Source: Hydrurus foetidus
Lineage: Eukaryota
Assembly: GCA_900617105.1 (NCBI GenBank)
Contig: UYFQ01000582.1
Location: forward strand, 1-55,030
Direction of reading: 5' to 3'
DNA length: 55,030 nucleotides
In this document: positions 1-13,281 of the stretch, one piece after another
Layout of the letters: every line of letters starts with the position of its first letter
Numbering within the stretch: the first letter of the stretch is position 1
Notes under the pieces: generated by a model
The model's database searches: none
What the model was told of the DNA's origin: nothing
The model's input: the letters and a program-made list of their open reading frames with translations, nothing else
Translations under genes and position numbers: made by a program

Positions 1-96
1 TTCATTAGAGTTGGAAAGAAAGACGGGTGAGGTGACATTGGCAGTAGCTGACATCTGGTTGTCTGGAAGTGTTTTCGTAGGAGTGGCGATATAGGG

Positions 97-496
97 AATT
101 GAGGATATTTGCTAGTTCAATTGAGGATATTTGCTAGTCCAATTGAGGATATTTGCTAGTTCAATTGAGGATATTTGCTAGTTCAATTAAGGATATTTGC
201 TAGTTCAATTGAGGATATTTGCTAGTTCAATTGAGGATATTTGCTAGTTCAATTAAGGATATTTGCTAGTTCAATTGAGGATATTTGCTAGTTCAATTGA
301 GGATATTTGCTAGTTCAATTGAGGATATTTGCTAGTTCAATTGAGGATATTTGCTAGTTCAATTGAGGATATTTGCTAGTTCAATTGAGGATATTTGCTA
401 GTTCAATTGAGGATATTTGCTAGTTCAATTAAGGATATTTGCTAGTTCAATTGAGGATATTTGCTAGTTCAATTGAGGATATTTGCTAGTTCAATT
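97..496. repeat. 22-bp minisatellite (AATTGAGGATATTTGCTAGTTC) x18
   Basis: Head-to-tail copies 97-492 (396 bp = 18 units) plus AATT; only variants are AATTAAGG in three copies and one GTCC. Confidence 0.97.
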
Positions 497-508
497 CGAC
501 ACTTCTAG

Positions 509-2768
509 CTATGACGCTACAGTTGAGCCGTTGCAAAGACGCCTGTCTCTCTATCTGTCTATCCATCCGTGTGAGTAGAGAGAAAAAAATGAGAAGAGAA
601 GAGAGGAGAGGAGAGGAGAGAGTCAGGCTGATTGGCAGTACCTCGTTCCTGAGATGGTTTGGTTGCAGAGAATGCAAATCAATTTCCCTGTGAGAATGAA
701 CAATAGGTGACGACGTCACGGGGTCAGTTTATGTATATGTGAAGAGCATCAGATAAGATGTTACCCATACCGTGCAAAATAGCACAAAATCACACGGAAC
801 AGGAGATTAAAGAGAAGAAGGAGAGGCAGAAGAAAGGGACAGAGCAGAGTGGAGAAGATCAAGGGTCGTGTTTAATGCATTTGTCGTTTTTAATCGGGTA
901 CCAGCCCCGCACACAACAACACACAGCATTCCCCAGGGGACCGCCCAGCATGAAAAATGCTGTGTGTTGTTGTGTGCGGGGCTGGTACCCGATTAAAAAC
1001 GACAAATGCATTAAACACGACCCTTGAGAGGCAAGCATGGAGGTGAAGGGAGGAAAGAGACTAGGAGAGATATGATCAAAGAGTGGGAGCAAGACAGGAG
1101 AGAAGAGGAGGATGGAGGAATGAAGGTATTCGATATTGTCGGAGGAGGGACATGCTGAAATTGACATCGATATACAGAGAGACATGTGGCAGAGACATGC
1201 ACTGCACTGCACTGCACCAATCCACACATCACATCACACAACACGACATGACATCACACTACATCACGTCACACCACACTGCATTGCACCACATCACAGT
1301 CACCACTCACCGGATACGTTGAGCACGTCAACAGCTCTGGCCTGCTCAGCGTGGGTGACCATCACTCCGCATCCCAACAGGTACTCCAGGTCAACGCCCT
1401 TCTTGCCCCTAGGGGGAGATGTCCGGAGAGGGTGGAGAGGGAGAGATGTTGATGGTAGGAAGCATGAAACGTATCAGGGATACGATGAGGAGGATATTGA
1501 AGTGTATAGTGGGAGGGATCGTACTTCCTTACACAACATCTAACGATGCACGCCTGCCAACACTAAGACAAGTAGACAGACAGATACACAAGCAGAGAGA
1601 CAGACAGATAGGCAATTTGTAGTAGCGTGCGTACCTCCATTTGAGCACTGTTTCGTACGGTACGCTGTACTTACTCCTCATGGGCAAGGACATGGCAGCA
1701 TCGCTAGGAGCAGCTACGAGGGCAGCATCACCGCTATCGACAGGGAGAGTGGCGGAAAGAGAAAGAGGGACAGGGAGAGAGGAAGTGACAGGGAGGAGGG
1801 CGTGCCCTGCAGGGGTAGTAGGCAGAGACATGGAGAGAGGTGACTGTGACGGGTGCGACACATCTCTAGGGGTAAAGAGCGGCCTAACATCCAGATCTAT
1901 CTTCGCCCTCTTGGCCTCCCTCTCCATTGCTGAACCATCTTCATCATCATTATCATCATCATCGCCCTCCTCATCATCGCCAGTATCGGCATTCCCGTCT
2001 TCTTCTTCGTCTTCCTCTGCATCCTGATCGAGCCCCAGCATTTCCTCCTCTGCTACATCCATGGCCCCCAAATCTTCTCGTGCCACTCCTAGTCCTTCTA
2101 ATTTCAATCCTTCTGCTTTGACTCCCGCTACCAGTCCTTCTGAGACGTCAAGTTTTCTCTTCCTGCTTTCTCCCTCTCCCTGTATTTCTCCATCTTTCTC
2201 TGCCTTGGCGTGTTTCTCGAGCTGAACTTTTTCGAAGAGAGTACGTGCATTTCTATATGCCGCTGCTCCTAGATACGTCAATGCCCCATCAGACCAGAGC
2301 ACTTCATACAGACACCCCTCCTCCACATCGCCTAGCACTGCATCTCCTCCCCCTCTCCCTTCTCCTCTTTCTTCTTCGATGCCTTTGAGAGGGGAGGGTG
2401 GAGGGGCGTATCGCAGCACACGGCCCTCGAATACCTGAGAGAAAGTCACTGGAGCCTCCTCTTCCCCATCCCCTCCCTCTTTCTCACCATCTTCCTCTTC
2501 TCTGTCCTTGACAATATCTGCAACTCCTCCACTGTTAGGATGCATTGATGAGGGTTCTCTGTTACGGGACGCCACAGAGGAAGGGACTTGTGCCTCTCCC
2601 CCCTCATCGTAATCTTCGTCATCATCATCGTCATCCTCTATTTCCTCTTCCACCATGGTCATCTCGAACTCTCCAGCAACACCCAAGCCCAGGCTTTCAT
2701 GCGCACCTACAGGTGTGATTGAATGAAGAGTGAGTGACACCAGAGTGTATCTGTGTGTGTGTGTGTGC

Positions 2769-2821
<53 letters not shown>

Positions 2822-5454
2822 CGATAGACACGAAATAAGGCACGTCTAGAATGTCACATCTACCGCTATCACTTGAAATCTGACTCCCCTTCCCTTGTAA
2901 TCTGATTCCCCTTCCTCCTTCTTCCCCCCCTCTTCTCTTCCCTCTTAATTTCTAGCCTCCCCTCGACCTCCACTACAGCTGCCAAACCGCACTAAAAATG
3001 CATCTCCGACGTGGCTATTAGGTTACCTGGAAGATACATCCAATTAGTGATGTTGTGAGGCGCTCTCACATGCACTGTCGTCATCATGTCTCCCTGAAAG
3101 AGCAAGAAAACAGCAGAGAGAATGAACAGGGTAGTCGAGTAGTGGATGAAGATAGAGGGATGAGTGATGGATGACTCGCATCGCACTCAATAGGAAGGGG
3201 GAGTAAGACAGAACATCTCTAAAAAGTGACGGTGCGTGTGAAATGCAGAAGGGGGAGAACATGTCTAGCCATTCTAAATACACGAAGAGAAGTGGTAAAA
3301 CAATATGATGTGAGGTAATGTGAGTTGAGATAAGATAGAACAACTCAAGTCTTTGCACAGAGAGGCAAGTCAGACAACGTATTATTATTTAGGCCAGCAG
3401 TCACGAACATCTTCTCTCAATGTTGGCATCACGACACATACCTGCTCTGCACCCGCTCTCTCCTCCCTTCCCCCCTCTTCATTCCCTTCCCCCTCTTCGC
3501 CTTCATGTGCGATTTGGTACTGCTTGGTCATGTTCTCAGCGTTGCTCAGAGCTGAGTTAGCCCTCTCAGCTTCGAAGTCTTTCTTTGACACGAGCACTAT
3601 ACCGCTGATGTTGCTCTTCGTCTTCATGTGCAACATGCTACTCTCAGCCATCCACACATTCATGCCGAACTTCCGCAGCCCTAAAAAAGAACAAGTCGAA
3701 TCGGAATACTTCTCAGATCAGAATGTGACACTTGAGTCCACTCCCTCACTCGCCCTCACAACTACCACCTGACTCTCTGTTGCCTTCCCTCTCACTTTCC
3801 CCTTGATTTTGTCTCTCACTCTTTCACTACTCACTGTCTAAGTCACTCTTTCTCCCTTCCTCCTCCCTCCCTTTCTCCTTCCCTTCCTCCACTCACCTGG
3901 GCCCACTGGACATGCCCTGTGTGCGGTTCTAGGATCGGCATCCCCGTTAGGCATCACATTGCAGAACAGAATACCGCATCCTAAGAGTAGGAGTCAGCAG
4001 TCGTGAGAGTGAGAGGCAGTAGAACAAATAAACAGATTGACAGTCAGTAAAAGACCTCGGAGATTCTTCAAGCTAGCTATTCGATGAAATAGAATTGACC
4101 GGAAGTAGAGCATAGAAGAAAAGAAGAGTTAAGTAGAACAGAACACGATTCAGATAGCCTAGCACCCATTTAAATCCATTTTGCACATGCATGCAAGGAC
4201 TACACACACACACACACACACACACACATGCACTCTTTCTTTTTACTCGACATGACCCCTCGACCCACTCAATCACAAACCGAGTCACTCTCTCGCTCAC
4301 TGACTGGCTGACTGACTCACCCCTCTCTGGCGTCACTTTAAGGTTCAGTGAAGGAAACTCCGTGCAGCCCTGGCCCTTAGGAAGGTTGTTCAGGTACAGG
4401 AACAATGTCACCAGTCTGGGATAGTAGAAAGAAATGCGTGAATTGTCAGTTTTACAACGGTCAATATGAGTGGCTATTTCAAGTTACGATTGAGGTGGGC
4501 CAATTGTTAAATATGTTCTGTAGTATCCACATAGAGAATATGAGGATAGAAAACGCGAATTTTTAATTTCTGCGCTCCATCATCTACACGCATCTATCAC
4601 AATAATTAGCACAATTTCAAAGCTGGAATTTAAGAGATTTGTTAGTAAGGGTTCCGCTGGTTGGATGGATAATGTGATGCAGATTCAACGAACCTTCTGG
4701 GCTCCACCAACTCTATGTCTCCCTCATCGGTGAGAGTTCCGGCATCGTGATGCAGATCGAACTTCTGCCCATCGGTGTAGGACACTATTTGAAGAGGCTC
4801 TACGAAGTCGCTGCTCAGGGAAATGAGATCTGTATGGAAAAGTCATCAATTCTAATGATAAGTTCCTAGCACTTACTTCGAAATCAGCGAATAATTGCTC
4901 TACAACTATTCCATGGTTAGTGAGCTTGATTCATAGGAGCTATAACAACGATAGTCTTCGTCAAAGCAGCAGAACAAGTTTTAACGCAGGACAGTGATTT
5001 TTTTTACTGCTGATGATTTTTCCATCGATACCCAATATCGTCATGACGATTGAGATTATGACTGTGCTGTTAAATCAAAAATACAGGAATCTACTCAGGG
5101 TCATCACTTACCACTAGCCCTCATTTCCATATTGCGAATTATCGTATCTCTTCCCTTGTCAAGAAATATGTATGTAGACGTCCTCTCCTCTGATATGCAC
5201 TTCCTCCCATTCTCGTCTTCGGTGTAAGAGGCTTTAAATTTACTTGCATGTTGAGTGATGTTGCGGTCGAGATAGTCAAGATCAACGGGACTCAGGAAGT
5301 TCCTTACGAGAAATATTGCTGGGTTGGTATGAATTTTTTCAAGCCTCCTGTGGAACTTCGGCTCATTACCAGATTCATGATGAAAGAGAGCCTGTATTCT
5401 CGGATTCAGCGACACCTGTACATTCTTTGATCTCTCCGTCTTTCGCAACGACAT
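509..5454 (-). CDS. Prolyl 4-hydroxylase-like 2OG-Fe(II) oxygenase with a long acidic C-terminal extension (multi-exon; 3' end uncertain)
   Basis: ATG 5454. GT-AG exons (some boundaries approximate) 5454-5112, ~4830-4695, ~4414-4321, ~3981-3897, ~3680-3442 encode IFLVRNFLS, EERTS, VEPLQIVSYTDGQKFDLHHDAG (HxD), RLVTLFLYLN..GCTEFP, DPRTAHRACPV (distal His), RKFGMNVW (2OG-binding Lys): the P4H motif series. In-frame splice path continues via 3093-3027, 2706-1635, 1408-1311, 687-642; last exon and stop (~509) tentative. Confidence 0.8.
859..1027. mobile_element. 169-bp hairpin MITE with TCAAGG...CCTTGA termini, GA flanks
   Basis: Arms 859-930 and 956-1027 are perfect 72-bp reverse complements around a 25-nt loop; flanked by GA on both sides; lies in an intron of the oxygenase gene model. 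Confidence 0.8.
2751..2817. repeat. Compound (GT)n(GA)n microsatellite (intronic)
   Basis: Directly visible; similar arrays at ~19053-19090 and ~31856-31940. Confidence 0.95.
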
Positions 5455-5690
5455 AGTTGGTCGAGGTGGGACGTAGGAGTGAAGACTGAAGGCAGGACAG
5501 GGAGGGAGGGCAGGCCTGTTCGTTGTCGGACTGGACTGGTCTGGTCTGGTGGGTCTGGATTGGGAGAGGGGATAGAGGAGAAGCACTGTTTGGGTCGGTT
5601 CAGTATTTTATTTCTAGGTACCCCTTCTTTGGGCGAACGTACTTGAAGATTGAAGACCCGACTGTCAGAGGGCTGACCCGTTGGCCGTTA

Positions 5691-6922
5691 GGGCCATTAT
5701 TGTCGAAACGAATATCCGACCCGAATATACATTATACACTCAAAGAAAAAACGCACCCGAATATGCATGTACACCTAGAGTGGTTTACCTATTGTTTCTT
5801 AAATTTCAATTAAGAGCACACTAAATTTCCTGGGAATACGGATTTAAGTATCAAAATCTGTATTCCGTACTTGCAATATCTGTATTCCGTATACGCCTTA
5901 TGTTATCGTGTATATAGGGTTCATAGGGCCCATATAAGTCAATAATGACAGTTCGGGATGAAGCGGCGAGAGCGTTTTAGCAATATTGATGAACATGTTA
6001 AGATATTACTTATTACTTAAAGAGAGAATGTTGATACCATGATGAATCAATCATAAATATATCATCGCTAGATGCATTATCATAGAACACTTTTAAGCAT
6101 TTGACGTCAGATTCGGATAGTTGACTGCCTTCAATTTCGGCGCCGTAGCCGTAATGGCTGCGCAAGTAGTTATCGAGTTCTTCCCAAGACTCGAACAGCC
6201 TGCTATCAATTGTCGACTCTTGAGTTGCTAATGGACTCTCGACCTCCTCAATCGGTGCAACCTCCACAATCGGTGCAAGAACAGCAGCTTTTGAAACAAG
6301 TACTGATATAAAATAATCCGCTTGTTCTGATGATCAGTAGTTGCTGAATAATTTTGATCCTTGTCAATGCCCCATACCTCATGTTCAGCAGCTTACAGTG
6401 CACCAAGGTGTGGCCGTATCTAACCGTTTACGATAAAATATTTTATCGTAAACGAGAAAGTTTAGCCGGATCCCGTTAAAGTACCGTATAAGGAAATTCG
6501 TAAACGGTTATTTGAATACGGATTTTTATCCATTTCCGTGTATTTCAGCTAATTAATTCTATTTAAGCACAGGGGTAGCACCCAACATTTAGACCCCCCT
6601 GGTTTGAAGCCTTTCCAGTCATCAGAAAAAATAAAAAAACAGCCTACATTTTTCTTCAGACACAGACGAGTTCAAAAACGTACTCAGAATTAGAGTGTGC
6701 TAAAACCTCAGGGTCCTAGAATTTTTTGAAATCAGGTGTGCTTATAAAGGTAAACCACTCTATATTCGTCTACATTCGTTCGTGCTCGAATATAGACCCT
6801 ATTATCCGCTGCTCCAATATGGGCTTCGGATAATAGGGTCCTACTCGAATATACGATTTCACAGAAATCCGAATATCGGATAATCCGATTTTCGGATTTT
6901 GAGCTTTCGATAACAATGGCCC
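5691..6922. mobile_element. PIF/Harbinger (Tourist-like) non-autonomous element with TTA target duplication
   Basis: TTA|GGGCCATTATTGTCGAAA ... TTTCGATAACAATGGCCC|TTA (16/18 TIR match); repeated CGAATAT subterminal motifs at both ends; GGG termini with TWA TSD are typical of PIF/Harbinger. Confidence 0.8.
5776..6762. mobile_element. Nested hAT-like TIR element inside the Harbinger MITE
   Basis: Perfect 15-bp TIR TAGAGTGGTTTACCT (5776-5790) / AGGTAAACCACTCTA (6748-6762); subterminal GAATACGG/CTGTATTCCGTA repeats; TAGAG fits the hAT YARNG consensus, but no 8-bp TSD is seen. Confidence 0.6.
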
Positions 6923-7606
6923 TTAGAGTCCCTCATCCACATGTACGATTCGATTTACGCCCACCTAGCATTATTAATCATACGAATATTTGATCCCAGA
7001 TCAGATTTGAACAACTGCTCTGAAAAGGTAACAGGATCCCCATACCTCATGCCTGACGAATACTACCGTATGCTATTCGAGCTGGAGGATGGAATTTGAG
7101 GATGTCACTAGGATGCATGAGCTTTGAAATACACCGTAGTTTATCAGCTCAATCCTCCCCTTTTTTTTACAGTTCTATTTCTCCCCTATTCTATTTGATC
7201 GTCAACAATTTTCTTCCTCTGTCACTCCGACTTGCTCAGTTTCCGTTCTTTCAAATTTCAGCTTCATTATCACTTAGCATACAGCGCTTCAATGTAAGGT
7301 CGGACAAGGTGAGGTGAGGTGAGGTACCACATGAGAACGGTTAAACCAAATTATTTTTAAATACGCGTTATACAACATTTGATAAAACTTAATTCAGCTC
7401 ATTCTTCTCTACACCCCTAACCCTCTCTAACCTTCTCTGTCCGCTACACTCTATTTCTCCGTGATACGTTGCGCTGCACTGTACTGTGCTTCACCGCACT
7501 ATCTTGTACCGCACTGCACTGTATTGTGCCGCACAGCACTATATTGTACCGTACCGACCTACACTGGCGTATTCGCCACGTATGCACTGCACTGCACTGC
7601 ACTGTA

Positions 7607-10600
7607 CTATGCCGAAGCTGTGAGTTTCTGCGTGACGGCTATCCACTTGTCCAGGGTTTCTATCGCTTTTCCCGAGTACAGGACGGTCCGGGCCAGCTCC
7701 ACCCCCGCCTCCACACTGTCCACCAGGCCGTACACGTACACTCCGAAACCTTCACAGGGCAGAGCAGTGGCGAATAGTAGGGAGCAGAGAAGAAGAGAAC
7801 AGAGAAGAATGGAAGAGATCAGGTCGAGGTAGAGCAAGTTGGTGACATGTGAGCAGTAGGTGTCTCGATGCAGGTCATCATGTGTGAATGATGCGTTGTA
7901 GCTTGAGAGACACGAGGGAGGGGAGAGAAGGGACATAGGATGCAGTTGCATTATGTAGTACTATATTTTGCTTGGTAGATTAGACAAGATCAGAGTTTGA
8001 AGAACTGTTCACTGTCATCACGAAGACAGAATAATTGTCGTCCTTTCTCTATCCCACTAATCAATCTAACTAATTCACTGAATATTCTGTCCCCTAAGAA
8101 GAATGTTCACACATGCTACTGCACGTGCGTACCTGCATTGAGAAGGATGGAGTCTCTCTTAGCGTTTGAGAATTCCCCCCCCATCAGAACGTCCCTTAAG
8201 GCCTGCGCGTTTTCATCCGCATCTCCCCCTGAGGGTAGGAATGTATGTCGGGAATGATGTGAGGGTTATGTAGGTGATGTTGTGTGCCATTATGTCATAG
8301 ATAAATAGCAGTAATACGTCGCGAAGAGAGACAGCCAGAAGAATGTTATGCCCAGTAAAATATGCTGCACAGCACAGCACAGCACAGTACGTTACGGTAC
8401 AGTATATCGCTGTACACCGTACCGTACAGTGCAGTACATGTTGTCCCCATGGAGATAGCAGTAGGTACTGACAATCAGATGAGTTCACCACACTTACCTT
8501 TCAGGTCTGCGATGGTGCAGCGCTGAATGCCGATTGAGAGAGGGTCGAAGTTGTATCTAAACAGTCATCAATTGAGGAAAGTGATGAAAGGATTGTATTG
8601 GTCAAAATAGATGGCGGTTGCTAAATCGAAAATAATCACGGGAGCGGCAGGAAGTACCAAAGAACAGATGAATAAAGAGAAGTGAAGAGAGCTCGCTATT
8701 CATCGCCACTCTTTGTATCAAGAAAAATGTCACTTGAGGTGTTGAACTGAGTTGTAAAGCGTCGCGATGATTAATATGAGACCACGGACTTCATGCTTGT
8801 TGTGATCTCATCACGACAAGCAACACAGGGCAGAATAGGACGATCAGACGGGACAGGCAATGTCTCACGTTTTGGTGCGGTATTCCTTGGCCTGTCCGGG
8901 AGGTGCGGTGTTCTTCAACTCGAACACAGTGGATGCTCCTGCAGAGCAAGAGCAAGAGCAGCAATATGAGTATGAGCAGTCACTGGAAGTGAGGACGAGG
9001 ATTCAGTCAAGGGTGTGATGTGATCTGACGTGGTGTCTCTTTACCCAGCTGTTGAGGCTATGTCAGTATCAGTCTATGAATAATCAGTTAGCACACACAT
9101 CACCAAGAGCATAGGAAGACATTAATTAGTCAGTCAGTCAGTCAGTCAGTGCATTGACTGACAGCCAGATCAGACCGATCAAACGAAAGAGCTGTAACGC
9201 GATGAAGACAGGTCAAGTCATGTCATGATATTTTCGTGCCTAAAGGGGACACTTCGTCCAATCCGCACCCATGCACCACCACACCGTGCTCCACCTCTCC
9301 GATCTCTGCATGCATAAGAGAGAAGTGTGGTCAAGTGAGGGGGATCGGGTTGTAAAGTCGAGCAGGGAGTAGAGTAGTGTAATGACTACTGTTGGGTAAC
9401 AGATAGCGGTATCTGTTTGTTTCCCCTCGTAACATTCTATGTCTTATGGTATTGATGATGATAATAATATTTTCAAATAAAGGCTAGATGTTGATGTGGA
9501 CCGCAGCATCGTCAAGAAGGAAGCAAAGAGATACAATGTGATATGACGGGACACGGGTTACGACGCCAAAGATGTGGCATACGACACATCAAGCAGTGCA
9601 ATATGGTCCATGACATGACACGATATGTGAAATGGTATGACGTGGTTCTCCCTTCCTCCCTTCCTCCCTCAACCACTCAGTCAGTCATCCACTCACTATT
9701 ACTCGTTACTTCCCTCCTTTCCCCCTCACTCACTCATCCCTTCACTTAGTCACTCCCTCACTCACTCATCCACAAACTCAGCCACTCATTAATTCCCTCC
9801 TTTCTTTCTCCTTCCCTCTCTCACTCCCTCAATCAGTCAGTCACTTATCAATTCCCTATTTTCTCCCTCCCTGACTTACCCATGAGTGTTCTCGCCATGA
9901 GCTCCACTAGACTTTCTTCAAACACCCCTATCACGACATGCTGCGCACTGGCCGCATTGGTCATCGGGCCAAGCAAGTTGAAAGCGGTGCGCACTCCGAG
10001 AGCTTTCCTAACAGGCGCCACTGTTTTCATGGCGGGGTGGTTCATGGGGGCGTACATGAAACCGACCCCACACTCCTCAACGGACCGGGCCACTTGGGAC
10101 GGGGTCATTTCGATTCTCACCCCTAATACAGTGCGGCAATAACACGAGATATTTACATAACAATAAAAAGATAGGTTGCACTCTGAATCAATGGTCAAAC
10201 AGCTGTTTTCTGTTTCATACTGCAGTAAGAGAGCAGAAGGTCTCCAAATGTCAAACGTCATCCACAAATATAAGTACGTACGTACCTAGGGTTTCGAGTA
10301 CGTCTGCGGATCCGCATCTGCTGCTCACTGATCTGTTGCCCGCCTTGGCCACCTTACACCCACACGCAGCTGAGATCAAGTGAGAAGGCGGTGAGGTGAG
10401 GGGTATCCAGATGACATGACATTATATGAGATGAAGTAAGATGGGATGAGAAGAGATAAGCAGAATTGGCATGAAAAGAGGAGAAAAGACAGGTGAGTTT
10501 AGATGGGGTGACTGAGAGGGGGGAAGGAGACGAGAGGGGGGAAGGAGAGAGGATGTGGTATGAGGGGGAATGGACGTACAGCATGGTGTTCTGTGGAATG

Positions 10601-12298
10601 GCAATCATGGTGGATGAAGCGAAATGCAAGACGAAATCATCGGTCAATGAAGAGAGATGAAAAGAAAGAAAATAAAAAAATGTGTAGATATGATGATGTG
10701 CACGGGAAGTGATACAAGCGAAATGCACGGGAAGAGGAGAAAGGGGACGCACTATTGCAGAGCTTCTCAACTTTTGGCTGCAGGGGTGGTGATGCTTACT
10801 GACATTACGGATGTGTCCCCACCCTCACATCCACCAACTGAGATCAAACCTGCTTAGCAGATGACGTATGAGAGTCAATTTTGATCTGTCACCACCAAAG
10901 ATTATTTCACTATTGCTCCCGGTAGTGTTGCTATAAGCTCCGTAGCTGACGCACTCACCCTCGATGTGATGAGCACTTAGTCCACACACACACTCTCTCA
11001 CTCTCCCATTCACTGACTAACTCACTCACAATTTTTATCCCTCACTCACTAAATCACTCACTCACTCTCAACCCATCACCCACTCAATCGTCCACCCACC
11101 TGAGAGGATGACGCTAGCAGTGGAGATGTTGATGGTGTCTGCACCATCTCCACCCGTGCCAACAATGTCAAGCAGCTTTCCTAAAACATGACGGGGATTA
11201 AGTTTACACAAGGTTACTTTTCGTGAGAAGTTAGACTTCGGATATTATGACTGTATACACCCAAGCCTCACAGCAAGTGATAGTTGATTCATACATGAGA
11301 ATATAGATGGATGAAGAGTAGTAGTAGTGATAGCGATATCTATGCAGATACTGTCAGAGGGAGAAATGCAGAAAAAAAAAAAGGTGGTTAGGGATCGAGA
11401 CGTCAGATGGCGAAACAAAAAAAGATGGAAGTTTTACAATGAATAGGGGAGCAGATTGCCAAAACACAAGCACTTGATGGTGTCTTCGGTATTCTTTGTT
11501 CATTACCTGCAACAATGACTGGGTTGCACGCAGTCTTCATCGCCCTCACCATGCCTGCGATTTCCTTAGGAGTTTCCCCTGTGAAAAACCCAGCAGTGAT
11601 CAAGATGCCCACAGCAGCACAAAACTTTTCTCAAAGTATGGGAAATCAAATACACAGAGCTAACAATAAGTCATCTACCAGTCAACACTTTCAAAAAGCT
11701 AGTTGACAACGATGTCTCTGGCAGGCGACACAATCGCAAACTAATATCCGTTCCTTTCGAATCATTCTATTACAGGAGGATGCAGTGCTGAAGCATAGCT
11801 GCCAGAGCAAAGCTCTCAAGTGCACCTAACGTAGAAGTTACCTTTGGCCCTGAGTAGAGTTAGCATAGCACCAACAGATGCATCGTCGCATCCCGATAAA
11901 ATTTTATTCCACGCATCCTAATCAATTGATTATAACACCGAAATTGAAGTTGATAACCCTTCAATATCCGTTTCGAATAAATGGTCTCAAAGCTGAGTGA
12001 TAATCGAGCGCAGTTACTGGAGAACTCTCCTTAGCACTACTCTCGCCGTAATGAGGTACTCGATCCATGGAACACCTTCAAAGAGTAGGGATCATACCTC
12101 TGTTTCTGCTGCGGTAAGATCCTGTCTAGCGATAAGCTTCGTTATTTGTGGCTTGAGAGAAGCTCTCAGTAAAAGTGCACTATTCCGAGTACTATAACGG
12201 CCACCAATACTAGTCCGTGCAACTTTGTAACCACTAACCAGAGCTGTGAATGAACCGACGATCAGAAAAAAAGCAATCAACACCCCGGAATCGTACAT
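7607..12298 (-). CDS. trpD: Anthranilate phosphoribosyltransferase, plastid-targeted (11 exons)
   Basis: Spliced product contains [136 protein letters not shown]-terminal hydrophobic signal plus Ser/Arg-rich transit-like segment. Confidence 0.96.
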
Positions 12299-13281
12299 GG
12301 TCAATCTTTTTCACCGCAATTCTTCTCAACGTTGAGGGGAGGAGCTCCCTATAATAATGCATTTCTGTACAGCATGGAAGAGCGCTACCAAAGGTTCAAT
12401 GATCGAAGGCAGATCGAGAGATAGAAGATGAGCCGTTGGCCGTTATTAGCCGTCGGACAGGACTCCAGGTCTGTGACCAACGTCTGAGTGTACGTCCTGT
12501 ACGTGCTTTCGTAGATTTTACATTTTACTCCTCAGCTCCAGCTGCGTGCCTATACCCTACACTGCAAACGCTGATAAGTTGATACAGTTATCTACCGTGC
12601 GAGTGACTGTGAGTACAGAAGTACCTATGTCGATTAGACGGAATGCGTTTCGTGAAGTGGAGACCGCCTTTGTGTGAGCAGTCTTTTACTGAAGCAGAAT
12701 AAATTGTCCGTTATTCTTCGAAACGGAGTGATGAAGGATCATTACCCCACACCGTACTAGGCAAGAAAAGAACCGGGGAACGCAGCTAAAACGTTGAAGG
12801 CTGAAACCGTTAGAGTTATTCACCCGGAAGAAATGACGATAAGCAACTCGTAATATTGTACGACAAAACAAGTTGCACTTTGAACCGCTCTGAATGCTTC
12901 GAATGGAGATGTATTGCATCACTCTCCTAAGACTACCAGTAACAGGCTAAGCGATGATGCTTCTTCTCTCCCCTTCTGATCGCCTAGCATGTGTCTTTTG
13001 TCTTTTCGAATTACTTCATGGAGGAGTTTCTATCCCTAGGATGTTGTTCTCGAACAATTAGTCAGGCTCATTTGTAGTACATAACTGCCGACTAGAGACT
13101 AGAGGAGTATGTAGTGACTGCTGGTAACTTCAGTGGGTACACCCTTTCCAAACACTACGAATCGACATCTTCTACATTGAGTTACAACAGCAACAATCAC
13201 TACTTCTTCGCTAAGAGTTGCGTTACTACAGAATATTCTTCTCACGGAACATTCTCTATTCAGTATGTTCTTTTAATGCTG

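Noticed and set aside
97..496. 22-bp repeat array as a CRISPR
   Set aside because: Units are contiguous with no spacers; eukaryotic context; no cas genes.
758..1227. ORFs crossing the 859-1027 palindrome (mirror peptides on both strands)
   Set aside because: Artefact of the inverted repeat within an intron.
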